Origin: Vulcanimicrobiota bacterium
GTDB lineage: Bacteria > Vulcanimicrobiota > Vulcanimicrobiia > Vulcanimicrobiales > Vulcanimicrobiaceae
DNA length: 64,000 nt
Reading direction: 5' to 3'
Assembly: GCA_963714015.1 (NCBI GenBank)
Contig: OY970223.1
Location: forward strand, 2,016,001 to 2,080,000
Under the pieces are notes generated by a model. It was not told where the DNA came from and did no database searches. It worked only from the letters and a program-made list of their open reading frames with translations. Both the position numbers and the translations under genes were made by a program. Positions 1-9,288 of this stretch are shown here, in pieces (positions within the stretch are counted from its first letter, which is position 1; each line of letters begins with the position of its first letter).

Positions 1-30
1 TCTGGGAGGGATGCGACACTCCACGCAAGC

Positions 31-60
31 GATCCCGGGCTGGGCCGCCCGGGATCTTTT
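31..60 (+). terminator. Intrinsic terminator-like hairpin of an upstream transcript
   Basis: GATCCCGGGC...GCCCGGGATC followed by TTTT. Confidence 0.6.
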
Positions 61-116
61 GCGTCCGATTCAGTTAGAGGCTTAGTCAAGCCGCGTTTGG
101 AATCTGGGCCGGACCC

Positions 117-1313
117 ATGACCGCCGCCATCTCTACCGACGACCTGCTCGACGGATTCGATCACGTTGAAACGCGACCCGAATTCGAAGCACGAGTTCGC
201 GAAGGCAAACCGCTCACTGTAAAGCTCGGTCTGGATCCCACGAGTGCGGACCTGCACATCGGCCATGCCGTAGTGCTGCACAAGATGCAGCAGTTCGTGC
301 AGGCCGGACACAACGTCATTCTGCTCATCGGCGACTTCACGGCCCGGATCGGCGATCCGTCGGGCCGAAACGAATTGCGTCCGCCGCTGACCGCCGAACA
401 GATCGAAGCGAACATGAAAACGTACGCGGAGCAGGCCCACAAAGTGCTCGACATGGATCGCGTCAAGCTCGATTACAACTCCACGTGGCTGGGGCCGCTC
501 ACCATGGCCGATTTGCTCCGCCTGCTCTCGAAGGTCACGGTGGCGCAGATGCTGGAGCGCGAGGACTTTCGCAAACGTTACTCCGCGGGCACGCCGATAT
601 CGCTGCACGAGTTTCTGTATCCGGTTGCGCAGGCATACGACAGCGTGGCTCTTCGGGCCGACGTGGAGCTCGGCGGCAACGATCAGCTTTTCAACTTGCT
701 GATGGGCCGGAATTATCAGCGCGAAGCCGGACAGCGAGAGCAGATCTGCATGACCGTTCCACTGCTGGTGGGACTCGACGGCGTCGACAAAATGTCCAAG
801 TCGAAAAACAACTACGTCGGCTTGACCGAGCGGCCGGAGGATCAGTTCGGGAAGCTGATGCGCATCACGGACGAGATGATGCCCCTCTACGCGCGCCTCG
901 CTGCGTTTCGATCGACGGCCCAGGTAAACGAGCTGACGCAAGGCTTGGCTGCCGGAAGCCTGCATCCGATGGACGAGAAGAAGCGAATCGCGCACGACGT
1001 CGTGGCGTTGTATCACGGTCCCGAAGCGGCGAATAAGGCGCGCGAGCATTTCGAGCGAACCGTGCAGCAGCGTCAAATCCCGGAGGAGATGCCGGAACTG
1101 CGTCTGGGTGAGGCTCGCCGCATTGCCGACGTGGTGGTCGCCGCCGGATTTGCCGAAAGCAAGCGCGCGGCCGAGCGACTTATCTCCGGGAACGGGGTAC
1201 GGGTCGATGGTACAATCGTCAGCGATCCGCGGGCGCTTTGGGACGCGGCTGCGCCTGCAGTGCTCTCGGTCGGATCCCGCAAATTCATCAAAGTGCTGCC
1301 AAACGAGAAGTAA
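117..1313 (+). CDS. tyrS: Tyrosyl-tRNA synthetase
   Basis: HIGH and KMSKS class I motifs, GDPSGR, C-terminal S4-like domain. Confidence 0.97.
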   Translation: MTAAISTDDLLDGFDHVETRPEFEARVREGKPLTVKLGLDPTSADLHIGHAVVLHKMQQFVQAGHNVILLIGDFTARIGDPSGRNELRPPLTAEQIEANMKTYAEQAHKVLDMDRVKLDYNSTWLGPLTMADLLRLLSKVTVAQMLEREDFRKRYSAGTPISLHEFLYPVAQAYDSVALRADVELGGNDQLFNLLMGRNYQREAGQREQICMTVPLLVGLDGVDKMSKSKNNYVGLTERPEDQFGKLMRITDEMMPLYARLAAFRSTAQVNELTQGLAAGSLHPMDEKKRIAHDVVALYHGPEAANKAREHFERTVQQRQIPEEMPELRLGEARRIADVVVAAGFAESKRAAERLISGNGVRVDGTIVSDPRALWDAAAPAVLSVGSRKFIKVLPNEK

Positions 1314-1317
1314 CATA

Positions 1318-1548
1318 ATGGCTGATCCAGCGGTAACGTACACGTCCTCGGCAAAACCGGTCGAGGGAAAGAAATTCGTCTGTAAGCGCTGCAAGCGTGT
1401 TTACAACTGGCCCGTCGATGCAGGGCCGCCGATTCGCTGCGAATGCGGATGGTGGTACGAAAACGATCACGGCACGATCAAAGAGCGCTATTGGCAGCGC
1501 ATCGAGCCGTATCGCGAGCCGCCTTCTACGCTTTTTTCAAACGACTAG
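1318..1548 (+). CDS. Small putative zinc-ribbon protein
   Basis: ATG 4 nt after the tyrS stop; CKRC...CECG motifs. Confidence 0.55.
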   Translation: MADPAVTYTSSAKPVEGKKFVCKRCKRVYNWPVDAGPPIRCECGWWYENDHGTIKERYWQRIEPYREPPSTLFSND

Positions 1549-2416
1549 CGAGATCGGTCACCTCGTCCGAGGTGAACACGTACAACTTCTTGCAGAATTC
1601 GCACGTCGCCTCGGTTTCGGGGCGTTCGCGCGCCATCTTCTGAAGCTCGTCGCCGCCCAATCCTAGGAGTGCAGCTTCGACTTTCTCCCGCGTGCATCGG
1701 CATGCAAACCGCACGTCGATCGTGCGGTGCGAACGAAGTTCGACGCGGCCGGCCAGCGCGTGCAGGAGCGAATGCGCATCTGCGCCTTCGGCAATGAGTT
1801 TCGTGATGGGCGGCATTGCAAGCGCCCGTTTTTCCAGCCCCGCAACGGCGCGCTCGTCGGCCCCCGGCAGCACCTGCGCGATAACTCCGCCCGCCGCCTT
1901 AATTCCCTTCCGATCGGCGAGAACGCCCAGCGCCACGACGCTGGGAATTTGTTCGGAGTTGACGAGATAAGACGCGATGTCTTCGGCGATCTCGCCGCTC
2001 TGCAGCGGAACTACGCCGACGTAGGGCTGTCCGACTTCAAACGACTTCGTGACCTGCATCGAGCCCTCACCCACTGCCCCCGCTACGTCGAATTTGCCGC
2101 GCTTGTTCAGCGGGAGATCGACCTCGGAGACTTTGGCATAACCGCGCGCGCCGATCCGTTCGCCGTCGATCAGCCAGGCGTCGGCAACAACGCCGCGCAG
2201 CGGACCGTTGCCGGAGATCTGCAGCGAGATCCGCTCCTTGCCTTTCAAGCTCGCGCCCAGAAGTGCGGTACCGGTCAGCAAACGCCCCACAGCGGCCGCG
2301 GCAGTAGGGGCGAGCTCGTGCCGGCGCTGTGCCTCCGTGACCAACTCCGTCGTGACGCCGGCAACGAGTGCGAAGCCCGCGTCCGGTGCGGAGGCGCTGA
2401 TAATCAGGTCGGGCAT
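1526..2416 (-). CDS. hslO: Hsp33 redox-regulated chaperone
   Basis: CRC...CEFC zinc motif, SEQIPS, GGVIAQVLP. Confidence 0.95.
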   Translation of the reverse strand: MPDLIISASAPDAGFALVAGVTTELVTEAQRRHELAPTAAAAVGRLLTGTALLGASLKGKERISLQISGNGPLRGVVADAWLIDGERIGARGYAKVSEVDLPLNKRGKFDVAGAVGEGSMQVTKSFEVGQPYVGVVPLQSGEIAEDIASYLVNSEQIPSVVALGVLADRKGIKAAGGVIAQVLPGADERAVAGLEKRALAMPPITKLIAEGADAHSLLHALAGRVELRSHRTIDVRFACRCTREKVEAALLGLGGDELQKMARERPETEATCEFCKKLYVFTSDEVTDLASRLKKA

Positions 2417-2466
2417 ACGCCGGTGTTACCCCAGGGGCCCCGGTTTCCCCCTGCGAACCGCAAGGC

Positions 2467-2919
2467 ATGCGAGTGCTCGTCATTCACGGTCCGAATTTGA
2501 ATTTGCTCGGCGAACGCGAACCGGAGATCTACGGAACTCAAACGCTCGCGCAGATCGACGAGCTGTTGCGGAAATCCGCGCAAGAACTCGAGGTCGAGGT
2601 GCGCTGCGTTCAGCACAACGGCGAAGGGGCGATCGTCGACGAACTTCATGCGGCCGGAAGTACGTTTGACGCCGTCGTGATCAATCCGGGCGCGTACGCG
2701 CATTACTCTTATGCGATTGCCGATGCCGTCAAGGCGATCGGAATACCGGTGATCGAAGCGCATCTGAGCAACATTGCGGCGCGCGAAGAGTTTCGGCGCA
2801 CGAGCGTCGTGGCGCCGGCGTGCGCCGGGACAGTCGCGGGCTTCGGCGCGAATTCGTACTTGCTGGCGTTGCGAGGAGCGTGTGAGGCTGCGCGAACGCA
2901 AAAACAAAAACGCCAATAA
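2467..2919 (+). CDS. aroQ: Type II 3-dehydroquinate dehydratase
   Basis: HGPNLNLLGEREPEIYG, NPGAYAHYS, HLSNI..REEFR. Confidence 0.97.
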   Translation: MRVLVIHGPNLNLLGEREPEIYGTQTLAQIDELLRKSAQELEVEVRCVQHNGEGAIVDELHAAGSTFDAVVINPGAYAHYSYAIADAVKAIGIPVIEAHLSNIAAREEFRRTSVVAPACAGTVAGFGANSYLLALRGACEAARTQKQKRQ

Positions 2920-3034
2920 CGACAAGGTATTTTCACCCTCAGGCGGGGAGGAGGCACGCGCGCGTTCTCGTATGTTCCCCTGCCTGGCCGCACCACCCCG
3001 CCTGGATTTCGATCGCCGCCAGAGGAGCAGTTCC

Positions 3035-3343
3035 TTGACGAAAGCTGACATCGTCGACACAGTCGCCGTTGAGGCGTCGATCACCAAACGACTAGCGGGA
3101 GTCATCATGGAGCTCATCCTAGAGGAAATTCGCGTCGCGCTGCAGCGCGGCGACCGCGTTGCGCTCACGCCGTTCGGCAGTTTCGTCGTACGTCACCGCA
3201 AAGCACGCGAAGGCCGCAATCCGAAAACGGGCGCGACCATAAAAATTCCGGCACGTAAAGTCCCGGCATTCGTTCCGGGCAGGGGCTTGAAAGAAGCGAT
3301 AAGCGGAAAACGGAACGCAAAAAAAGGCAACGCTTCACGCTAA
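3035..3343 (+). CDS. hup: HU family DNA-binding protein
   Basis: TTG start after GAGGAG; FGSF..R.RKAREGRNPKTG. Confidence 0.92.
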   Translation: MTKADIVDTVAVEASITKRLAGVIMELILEEIRVALQRGDRVALTPFGSFVVRHRKAREGRNPKTGATIKIPARKVPAFVPGRGLKEAISGKRNAKKGNASR

Positions 3344-3356
3344 AACAACCCCATTA

Positions 3357-3394
3357 AAAAAAGAATCCGCAGGAAAAGCACTGCGGATTCTTTT
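3357..3394. terminator. Bidirectional intrinsic terminator between hup and tRNA-Pro
   Basis: AAAAGAATCCGCAG...CTGCGGATTCTTTT. Confidence 0.8.
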
Positions 3395-3398
3395 GCTC

Positions 3399-3476
3399 TG
3401 GTCGGGCTGACAAGATTCGAACTTGCGACCTCTTGACCCCCAGTCAAGCGCGCTAACCAAACTGCGCCACAGCCCG
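3399..3476 (-). tRNA. tRNA-Pro (anticodon GGG)
   Basis: Reverse complement gives CGGGCTG...CTTGACT-GGG-GGTCAAG...GTTCGAATC...CAGCCCGACCA cloverleaf with encoded CCA. Confidence 0.97.
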
Positions 3477-3574
3477 GCATTTTCGGGGGCGGCTCACCTT
3501 TGCCGAGGGGGCGGGCTTTCTCCTTTTTGACGGTACGCGCGGCTGCGTTCTCGAAGAAGCGTTTGGAGGTTGAT

Positions 3575-4117
3575 ATGAACGCTGAAATCATTTCGTCTGC
3601 AGCCTCAGTCGGCGTTGCATTGATTGCGCTGGTGTTCACCACGTTGCTGCTGGCAAGGCAAGTGCGGCAAATGGAGCACGAACGCAACGCACTCGCCATC
3701 CTGGAGGCCATCGAGCGACTGACCGACCCGCGCGTGGTGGAGATATTCACGCGGCTGCGCGGGATAGACGAGCGTTATCCGACGGACCAGGATATTTTGG
3801 CGAAGTATCCCGAGTCGCAAGACGATTGGGATTTGAACGCCGTGGCTGCATTCATTGAAACGCTGGCGTGCTTGGCACGGCGCCGCGTACTCGACCCATC
3901 GCTCCTGGTCGATGCGGCCGGCCTGGCAATCCGCCGCCGTTGGGACACGATTCGCGACTTTGTCGAGCGGCGGCGCAAACTCGAGAAGAATGAGTACATC
4001 TTCGAGAATTTCGAATGGCTGGCAATGTACAGCGCTTGGTGGAAAGACACGCCGCGTCCGGCGGGCGCGCGCAATTATCGCCCCAGGCAATTTGCCGGCA
4101 TAGCATTCAGGGTTTAG
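3575..4117 (+). CDS. Hypothetical protein with N-terminal TM helix (DUF4760-like)
   Basis: GGAGG RBS then ATG; hydrophobic N-terminus, IFENFEWLA C-terminal motif. Confidence 0.65.
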   Translation: MNAEIISSAASVGVALIALVFTTLLLARQVRQMEHERNALAILEAIERLTDPRVVEIFTRLRGIDERYPTDQDILAKYPESQDDWDLNAVAAFIETLACLARRRVLDPSLLVDAAGLAIRRRWDTIRDFVERRRKLEKNEYIFENFEWLAMYSAWWKDTPRPAGARNYRPRQFAGIAFRV

Positions 4118-4181
4118 GGGCGCTTTCACGGCCGGTAGCGGGACCATGACCTGGGACCGGCCGCACCGAATGGGAGGCGCG

Positions 4182-4610
4182 ATGGAACCGCTCTTTGCCG
4201 CGCCGGTCGCCGAAGCGACGCTCTTTGCCGATGGCGGATCGCGTGGAAATCCCGGCCCTGCCGCTTCCGGAGCGGTGTTGCTGGCGCCTGACGGCACGGT
4301 GATTCGAGAGATCGGCGAATATTTGGGCCGCGCCACCAATAACGTGGCGGAATGGACTGCCCTTGCGCTGGGACTGCAAGCGGCGCTCGACGAGGGCATG
4401 CGCAACTTAGCCGTTCGTCTCGACAGCGAACTCGTCGTCAAGCAACTCAGTGGAGAGTATCGCGTCAAGCATCCGGACTTGCAGCCGCTCTACCAGCGCG
4501 TGCGCGGTCTGATCCGCCGGTTCGATCACGTCGACGTGCGTCACGTGAGGCGAAAAGAGAACGCGCTTGCCGATGCAGTGGTGAACCGGGTGCTGGATGC
4601 GTCGCAATAA
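4182..4610 (+). CDS. rnhA: Ribonuclease HI family protein
   Basis: DGGSRGNPG, TNNVAE, DSELVVKQ, RKENALAD. Confidence 0.9.
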   Translation: MEPLFAAPVAEATLFADGGSRGNPGPAASGAVLLAPDGTVIREIGEYLGRATNNVAEWTALALGLQAALDEGMRNLAVRLDSELVVKQLSGEYRVKHPDLQPLYQRVRGLIRRFDHVDVRHVRRKENALADAVVNRVLDASQ

Positions 4611-5250
4611 CTGGTTCGGGACGGCGATCTTCGTGTTCGCCGTACTGTTCATAATCGGCGGACTGTTTTTGAAGTGGCCGGACTTTGCGCACAAACAGCA
4701 AGTCGAACGCGTGCTGCACGGACAAAGCGTGCTGGACGTCGGCATGACGATCAAGTATTCGAAACCGCCGATTTATCTGGAGCAGTGGACGATGCGGGAC
4801 GACAACGGGGTCTCGACGGCGCAGTATCGCGTGCAGGGCTACTCAGGAAAACTGGTGACGATTACCCTCCCTAAACAGAAGACCTACGACGTGAGCTTCT
4901 TTTTTCAGCAAGTCGTGCTCGAAGGCATTTGGGATTTGACCAATAGGCCCGCCGCCGGCGACACGAATGCGATCTACACGCTGTACATTCATCAAGTGGC
5001 TGACCAGAAGCAGGGTTCGCGGACGATCGTCTTTACCGATCCGCACTACTGGGCGACGACCGCCGGCCGGCAGTACACGATCGAACTCAATCCGCATAGC
5101 CCTACGCCGCAAGACTTGACCAAGTTGAACAGCACGACGCTGGCCGATCCCCGGTACGAGACCATCGTGCAGGAATTCCGCAAGTTCGGCACGCCTTCGT
5201 TCCGCGCGCAGGTCGCGCAGGCGCGAAAGCTGGTCGCGGCCTCGCATTAG
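4597..5250 (+). CDS. Hypothetical membrane-anchored protein
   Basis: Long ORF overlapping the rnhA stop; N-terminal TM helix. Confidence 0.7.
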   Translation: MRRNNWFGTAIFVFAVLFIIGGLFLKWPDFAHKQQVERVLHGQSVLDVGMTIKYSKPPIYLEQWTMRDDNGVSTAQYRVQGYSGKLVTITLPKQKTYDVSFFFQQVVLEGIWDLTNRPAAGDTNAIYTLYIHQVADQKQGSRTIVFTDPHYWATTAGRQYTIELNPHSPTPQDLTKLNSTTLADPRYETIVQEFRKFGTPSFRAQVAQARKLVAASH

Positions 5251-5254
5251 AGCG

Positions 5255-6043
5255 GTGCTTCGAGCAGCGCTTCGCTTCTCGGTCTGTTGCGCGGCTCTGG
5301 CGGTTTTCGGCTTTGCCGTCTACGAAGTTGCGGAGCAGCCGACGAATCAGATCTTCGGCCGCACGATTACGGGAGGCCCGAGCAACAAGCGAGTCGTCGC
5401 GCTGACGTTCGACGACGGCCCCAATTCTCCGTACACGGAACGGATCCTGAACGTGTTGGAGCAGGAACACGTGCGCGCGACGTTCTTCGTGGTCGGAAGA
5501 GCGGTGCAGTCTTATCCGTGGGTCGTGCGCAGGGAGGTGCGGGACGGCGACGCGATTGGCAACCACACCTGGTCTCACGGGCATCTCATCGTCATGAGCT
5601 TGGACCAAGTGCGCGGTTCCCTGAAGCGCACGGATGCGGCAATTTACAAGGCTGCGGGAATCCACACCAAGATCATGCGTCCACCCTTTGGATCGCGAGA
5701 CTGGATCGTCATGCAAGCCGCCAAGGACTTGGGTTATAGCGTCGTGATGTGGTCCGTTCCGCTGGCGCGCGACTGGGAGTATCCGCCTGCGTCCGTCATC
5801 GCACAGCGGATATTACCGTACGTTACCGACGGATCGATTATCGTGCTGCACGACGGAAATCGTGGGGAACTCTGCTCGCGCGACCGTCTGAATCCGCGAG
5901 TCTGCGATCGGCGCAGCGACATCGAAGCAACCCGTTTGATCGTTCAAACGCTCAAACTTAAAGGATATCGTTTTGTCACGGTTCCGCAGCTCATTGCGCT
6001 CGGGCGGGCGCCTAACCGTACATCCGCCCCCGAAAGCGAATGA
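5255..6043 (+). CDS. Polysaccharide deacetylase (NodB/CE4)
   Basis: TFDDGP, NHTWSH, RPPFG, IIVLHDG. Confidence 0.93.
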   Translation: MLRAALRFSVCCAALAVFGFAVYEVAEQPTNQIFGRTITGGPSNKRVVALTFDDGPNSPYTERILNVLEQEHVRATFFVVGRAVQSYPWVVRREVRDGDAIGNHTWSHGHLIVMSLDQVRGSLKRTDAAIYKAAGIHTKIMRPPFGSRDWIVMQAAKDLGYSVVMWSVPLARDWEYPPASVIAQRILPYVTDGSIIVLHDGNRGELCSRDRLNPRVCDRRSDIEATRLIVQTLKLKGYRFVTVPQLIALGRAPNRTSAPESE

Positions 6044-6347
6044 ACCCGTCTTGATGACGGCCGCCCGGATCGTGATGCGTCCAGTGCACGATCGGCAGTT
6101 TGCCGGGATCGTGAACCATTTCGCCGCGAATCTGAATCGGTTGTCCCGGTTTGACCGGTATGCGCGGTGCGATGCCGACGTTGTCGATCACGTCGACCGG
6201 TCCGCTGGATGTCTGCACCGAAAATTCTTCGTGCTCGCACTTCGTGCGTTTTCCGTAAAAGAAACGCGGTTCGCTCGTTACCGTTGCATCGAACGTCACC
6301 TCGCACGGCTGCCGCGCGGAATAGGCGCTTTGCAAGTTCATGCGCAT
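6012..6347 (-). CDS. DUF3465-like protein
   Basis: HEEF, APRIP, VHWTHHDP..RH..GFI motifs. Confidence 0.7.
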   Translation of the reverse strand: MRMNLQSAYSARQPCEVTFDATVTSEPRFFYGKRTKCEHEEFSVQTSSGPVDVIDNVGIAPRIPVKPGQPIQIRGEMVHDPGKLPIVHWTHHDPGGRHQDGFIRFRGRMYG

Positions 6348-6382
6348 CGTTCACGACGCTTCGTGGTACCATAAAGCTGTAG

Positions 6383-6952
6383 ATGAGAATGCTGCGAACA
6401 TCCCGGCTTCGGCTGGTTCCCGTCACGGTGCAAAACGCCGGAGCACTGTGGACGGTCTTGCAGCAGCCGGACCTGCGCACGTACCAGGATCTGCCCAGCG
6501 TGGGGTCCGCCGCTTTTGCCGAAATGGTAGCCAAGCGGCCGAGGACGCTTCGGCCCGGCTCGAGCGGGCGGTTTGAATGGCTCGTTTATATGGAGCGGGT
6601 GCGCAAGCCGGCGGGTTGGGTTTCCCTTCGCATCGCTGACCGCGAGCCCGGAGCCGGAGAGATCGGATACAGCATCGTCAAAGAATTTCGCCGTCGCGGT
6701 ATTGCGACTGAAGCGGTGCGCGCTCTCATGGAGGAGGCTTTCGAAAGTGCCGGCCTGGCACGGCTCAACGCCTATTGCGTCCCTGAAAACCTGGCCTCGC
6801 GACGGGTTCTCGAAAGTGCGGGTTTTCTTTACGACGGCATCTTGCCGCACGGCGCCACGGTGAGCGGCCATCCGGTCGACGTCCTCATGCATCGTTTGGA
6901 GCGCGAGCGATGGACTCAGTCCGGAAAAACGATCGTAATGCCGGCGTCCTGA
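6383..6952 (+). CDS. GNAT N-acetyltransferase (RimJ/RimL-like)
   Basis: EIGY, RRRGIATEA, NLASRRVLESAGF. Confidence 0.88.
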   Translation: MRMLRTSRLRLVPVTVQNAGALWTVLQQPDLRTYQDLPSVGSAAFAEMVAKRPRTLRPGSSGRFEWLVYMERVRKPAGWVSLRIADREPGAGEIGYSIVKEFRRRGIATEAVRALMEEAFESAGLARLNAYCVPENLASRRVLESAGFLYDGILPHGATVSGHPVDVLMHRLERERWTQSGKTIVMPAS

Positions 6953-7371
6953 TAGCCCGAATATCGCGGCGACGCGCCGTTCAAAAAGGCGAGCAGCGGC
7001 TCGCGGACGACTGCAACGGTGATGTGATTCGCAAGTGCGTCGACCGAGATCCACGCGGCTTCCGCGACGTGATCGCCTTCGACCTGCGGCGTTTGCGGCT
7101 CGCCGGCCGCGTCGACGGCAAAGGTGAAGTTCGTAAAATGCGTAGAGCCGTCATACGATTCGCTGACGTATGCGAGCTCGCGAACCACTCCCTGCAGTCC
7201 GGTTTCTTCATGAAGTTCGCGCAACGCGGCGGCCGCCAGCAGTTCGCCGTCCTTTTGCCGTCCGCCCGGTAAATTCCAAAGCGGCCGCGGATGATTTGGA
7301 TACCGCGAGGCTACCAGGAGCACGGCGCCGGATCTGCGCACCAGCGCCGTTGCAAGGTGAATGCAGCTCAT
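6916..7371 (-). CDS. NUDIX hydrolase
   Basis: GGRQKDGELLAAAALRELHEETG Nudix box. Confidence 0.9.
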   Translation of the reverse strand: MSCIHLATALVRRSGAVLLVASRYPNHPRPLWNLPGGRQKDGELLAAAALRELHEETGLQGVVRELAYVSESYDGSTHFTNFTFAVDAAGEPQTPQVEGDHVAEAAWISVDALANHITVAVVREPLLAFLNGASPRYSGYQDAGITIVFPD

Positions 7372-8360
7372 TTGCGTGAAACCAAGGATTTGAAAACTTC
7401 CGCGTGACGGCGCGCGCTTTCATCCCAGTTGTATCTGCCGATCCACGCCAACCCTGCGGTGCGCATCTGCGCGCGTAAGTCTTGCTGCGATGCGATTTGC
7501 CGCAGCAAAGCCGCCCACGCTTGCGGGTCGTCAGGCGGCGCATAAAGCGCCGCGTCTCCGCAGACTTCGGGCAGACAACTCGCGCGTGCCGACAATACCG
7601 GCGTTCCGCAAGCCATCGCCTCGATGGCCGGCATGCCGTAGCCCTCGTAATAGGAGGGAACGCACAGCGCGAGCGCTCCGCGATAGAGCTCCCGCAGCTG
7701 GTCGTCGGTGATTGCCGGATTCGGTGGACCGACGATCGTCAATGCCGGTCCGCCGCCGTTGAACGCGCGCTCGTGGGCCGCGCGCAGAACGGAAAAGTTT
7801 TTGCGATGCTCCGCCGGATCGCCCACAAAGAGAAAATACGGCTTGTCGCGGACTTCAAGGTTGCCGCCGGGAATGAAGAACGGATCGACGCCGTGGTGGA
7901 TCACGTCGACCCGCTCTTGCGGGAAACCGAAGATGTCGCAGATCTCGTCACGGCCGAACGCCGAAACCGCAATCACGCGCGACGCGCTCGCGATAGATCG
8001 CAGAAACGGGTCTTGCTGGTGTTTGCGCTTTGCGGAATCCGGATCGGGATAGCGGAACGGGACGGCGTCATGGATGGTGACGGCGGCCGGCAGAGCGCTT
8101 TGGAAGAAGGTTCCGTTTCCCGGATGCCAGACCGCGTCACATCTGCGCGGGGCCGAACTCATGCGAAAGTCCTCGCTGTCGATACTCTGCGCAAGCCGCT
8201 TTCGCTGCAGAAACGGAAACGGTCCGTGGGCGAGCAGCGTCAGATCGACGTCTTCGTCTTGCGCGATGCGCCGCAGGACTGCGCGCGCGTAGCGGCCGAT
8301 ACCACGTACGTCCGTTGCGAGATCCCGCGCATCGACGGCAAGCCGCAAACGACCCTTCAT
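7368..8360 (-). CDS. Glycosyltransferase family 4
   Basis: TIHDAVP, PSYYEGYGMPAIEAMACG; start placed at MKGRLRLAVD. Confidence 0.9.
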   Translation of the reverse strand: MKGRLRLAVDARDLATDVRGIGRYARAVLRRIAQDEDVDLTLLAHGPFPFLQRKRLAQSIDSEDFRMSSAPRRCDAVWHPGNGTFFQSALPAAVTIHDAVPFRYPDPDSAKRKHQQDPFLRSIASASRVIAVSAFGRDEICDIFGFPQERVDVIHHGVDPFFIPGGNLEVRDKPYFLFVGDPAEHRKNFSVLRAAHERAFNGGGPALTIVGPPNPAITDDQLRELYRGALALCVPSYYEGYGMPAIEAMACGTPVLSARASCLPEVCGDAALYAPPDDPQAWAALLRQIASQQDLRAQMRTAGLAWIGRYNWDESARRHAEVFKSLVSRK

Positions 8361-9288
8361 GAGGAACATCACCTTGGCCCGGAAGAACGCGAACCCTCTA
8401 CCGCGCATCGCTGCGCACTTGATCGTCGGTCCGCGCGAAGAGCCGTTTCTTCCGGCATTGCTGGAGTCGATCGCGGACGCGTGCGCGACGGCGATCGTCA
8501 ACGACAACTCGCCGGAGCCCTCGCCCCACGCCGATATTTTGCGGCAAAGCCGTTTCGCGCGTGAAGGCCGCATGCTACTGGACCGCACGCCGTTCGTTGA
8601 CTTCGCGACTGCGCGCAACGTTTGTTTGCGGCTCCACGCGCACCATGATGCCGGCGAGTGGGCGGCATTCGTAGACGCAGATGAAGTGCACGGGACGGGC
8701 GTGAACCGCATTGCGCGCAACCTCAATCGAGCCGCCGAGGACGTTGCAGTCGTCGAAGGCTACACTTGGCACTTCTTCGCGTCATTCGATTGGTATATGT
8801 CGATCGAGCGCCGTATGTCGTTCTTTCGCGTCACGCCGCAGCTGCGGTGGGAGGGTGCAGTGCACGAGCAACTGCTCCACATCGGGGGCCGGCGTCTCGT
8901 TCTGCCGTACGTATACGCGCACTATGGATGGGTGATGCCGGTACGGCACCATGCAGAAAAAGGCCGGCAATACCTCAGTTTGGGTGCGCCGGGACGAGTC
9001 TTGGCGCAGAACGAGCTCGACACGGTGGGATTGGAGGATTACTACGAGTTCGCGCACCGCTGGCAGTACGCGCTGCGCTTTCGTGCACGGCATCCGCCCG
9101 CCGCGGCACCGGTCATCGCTCGCATGAAAAGCGGGCGCGCGGCCGAATTCACATTAGCCGATCGCCTCGTCGCCCGCAGTCAAGGTCCGGCGCAGCGCCT
9201 ACGCAACGCCGCGATGAAACTCAACTACGAGCAGCGCTGGCGCACGCGCGCGATCAACCCGAAAGCGTGGCCGTTGCTCGTGCGATAG
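8359..9288 (+). CDS. Glycosyltransferase family 2-like protein
   Basis: FATARN, FVDADE (DxD), WEGAVHE, HYG; start uncertain. Confidence 0.75.
   Translation: MRNITLARKNANPLPRIAAHLIVGPREEPFLPALLESIADACATAIVNDNSPEPSPHADILRQSRFAREGRMLLDRTPFVDFATARNVCLRLHAHHDAGEWAAFVDADEVHGTGVNRIARNLNRAAEDVAVVEGYTWHFFASFDWYMSIERRMSFFRVTPQLRWEGAVHEQLLHIGGRRLVLPYVYAHYGWVMPVRHHAEKGRQYLSLGAPGRVLAQNELDTVGLEDYYEFAHRWQYALRFRARHPPAAAPVIARMKSGRAAEFTLADRLVARSQGPAQRLRNAAMKLNYEQRWRTRAINPKAWPLLVR

Noticed and set aside
1..116. T-box riboswitch upstream of tyrS
   Set aside because: A terminator hairpin is present but no GGTGGNACC T-box sequence is visible, and the upstream context is cut off.
3399..3476. tRNA-Pro as an island integration site
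   Set aside because: No duplicate of its 3' end and no integrase noticed nearby.
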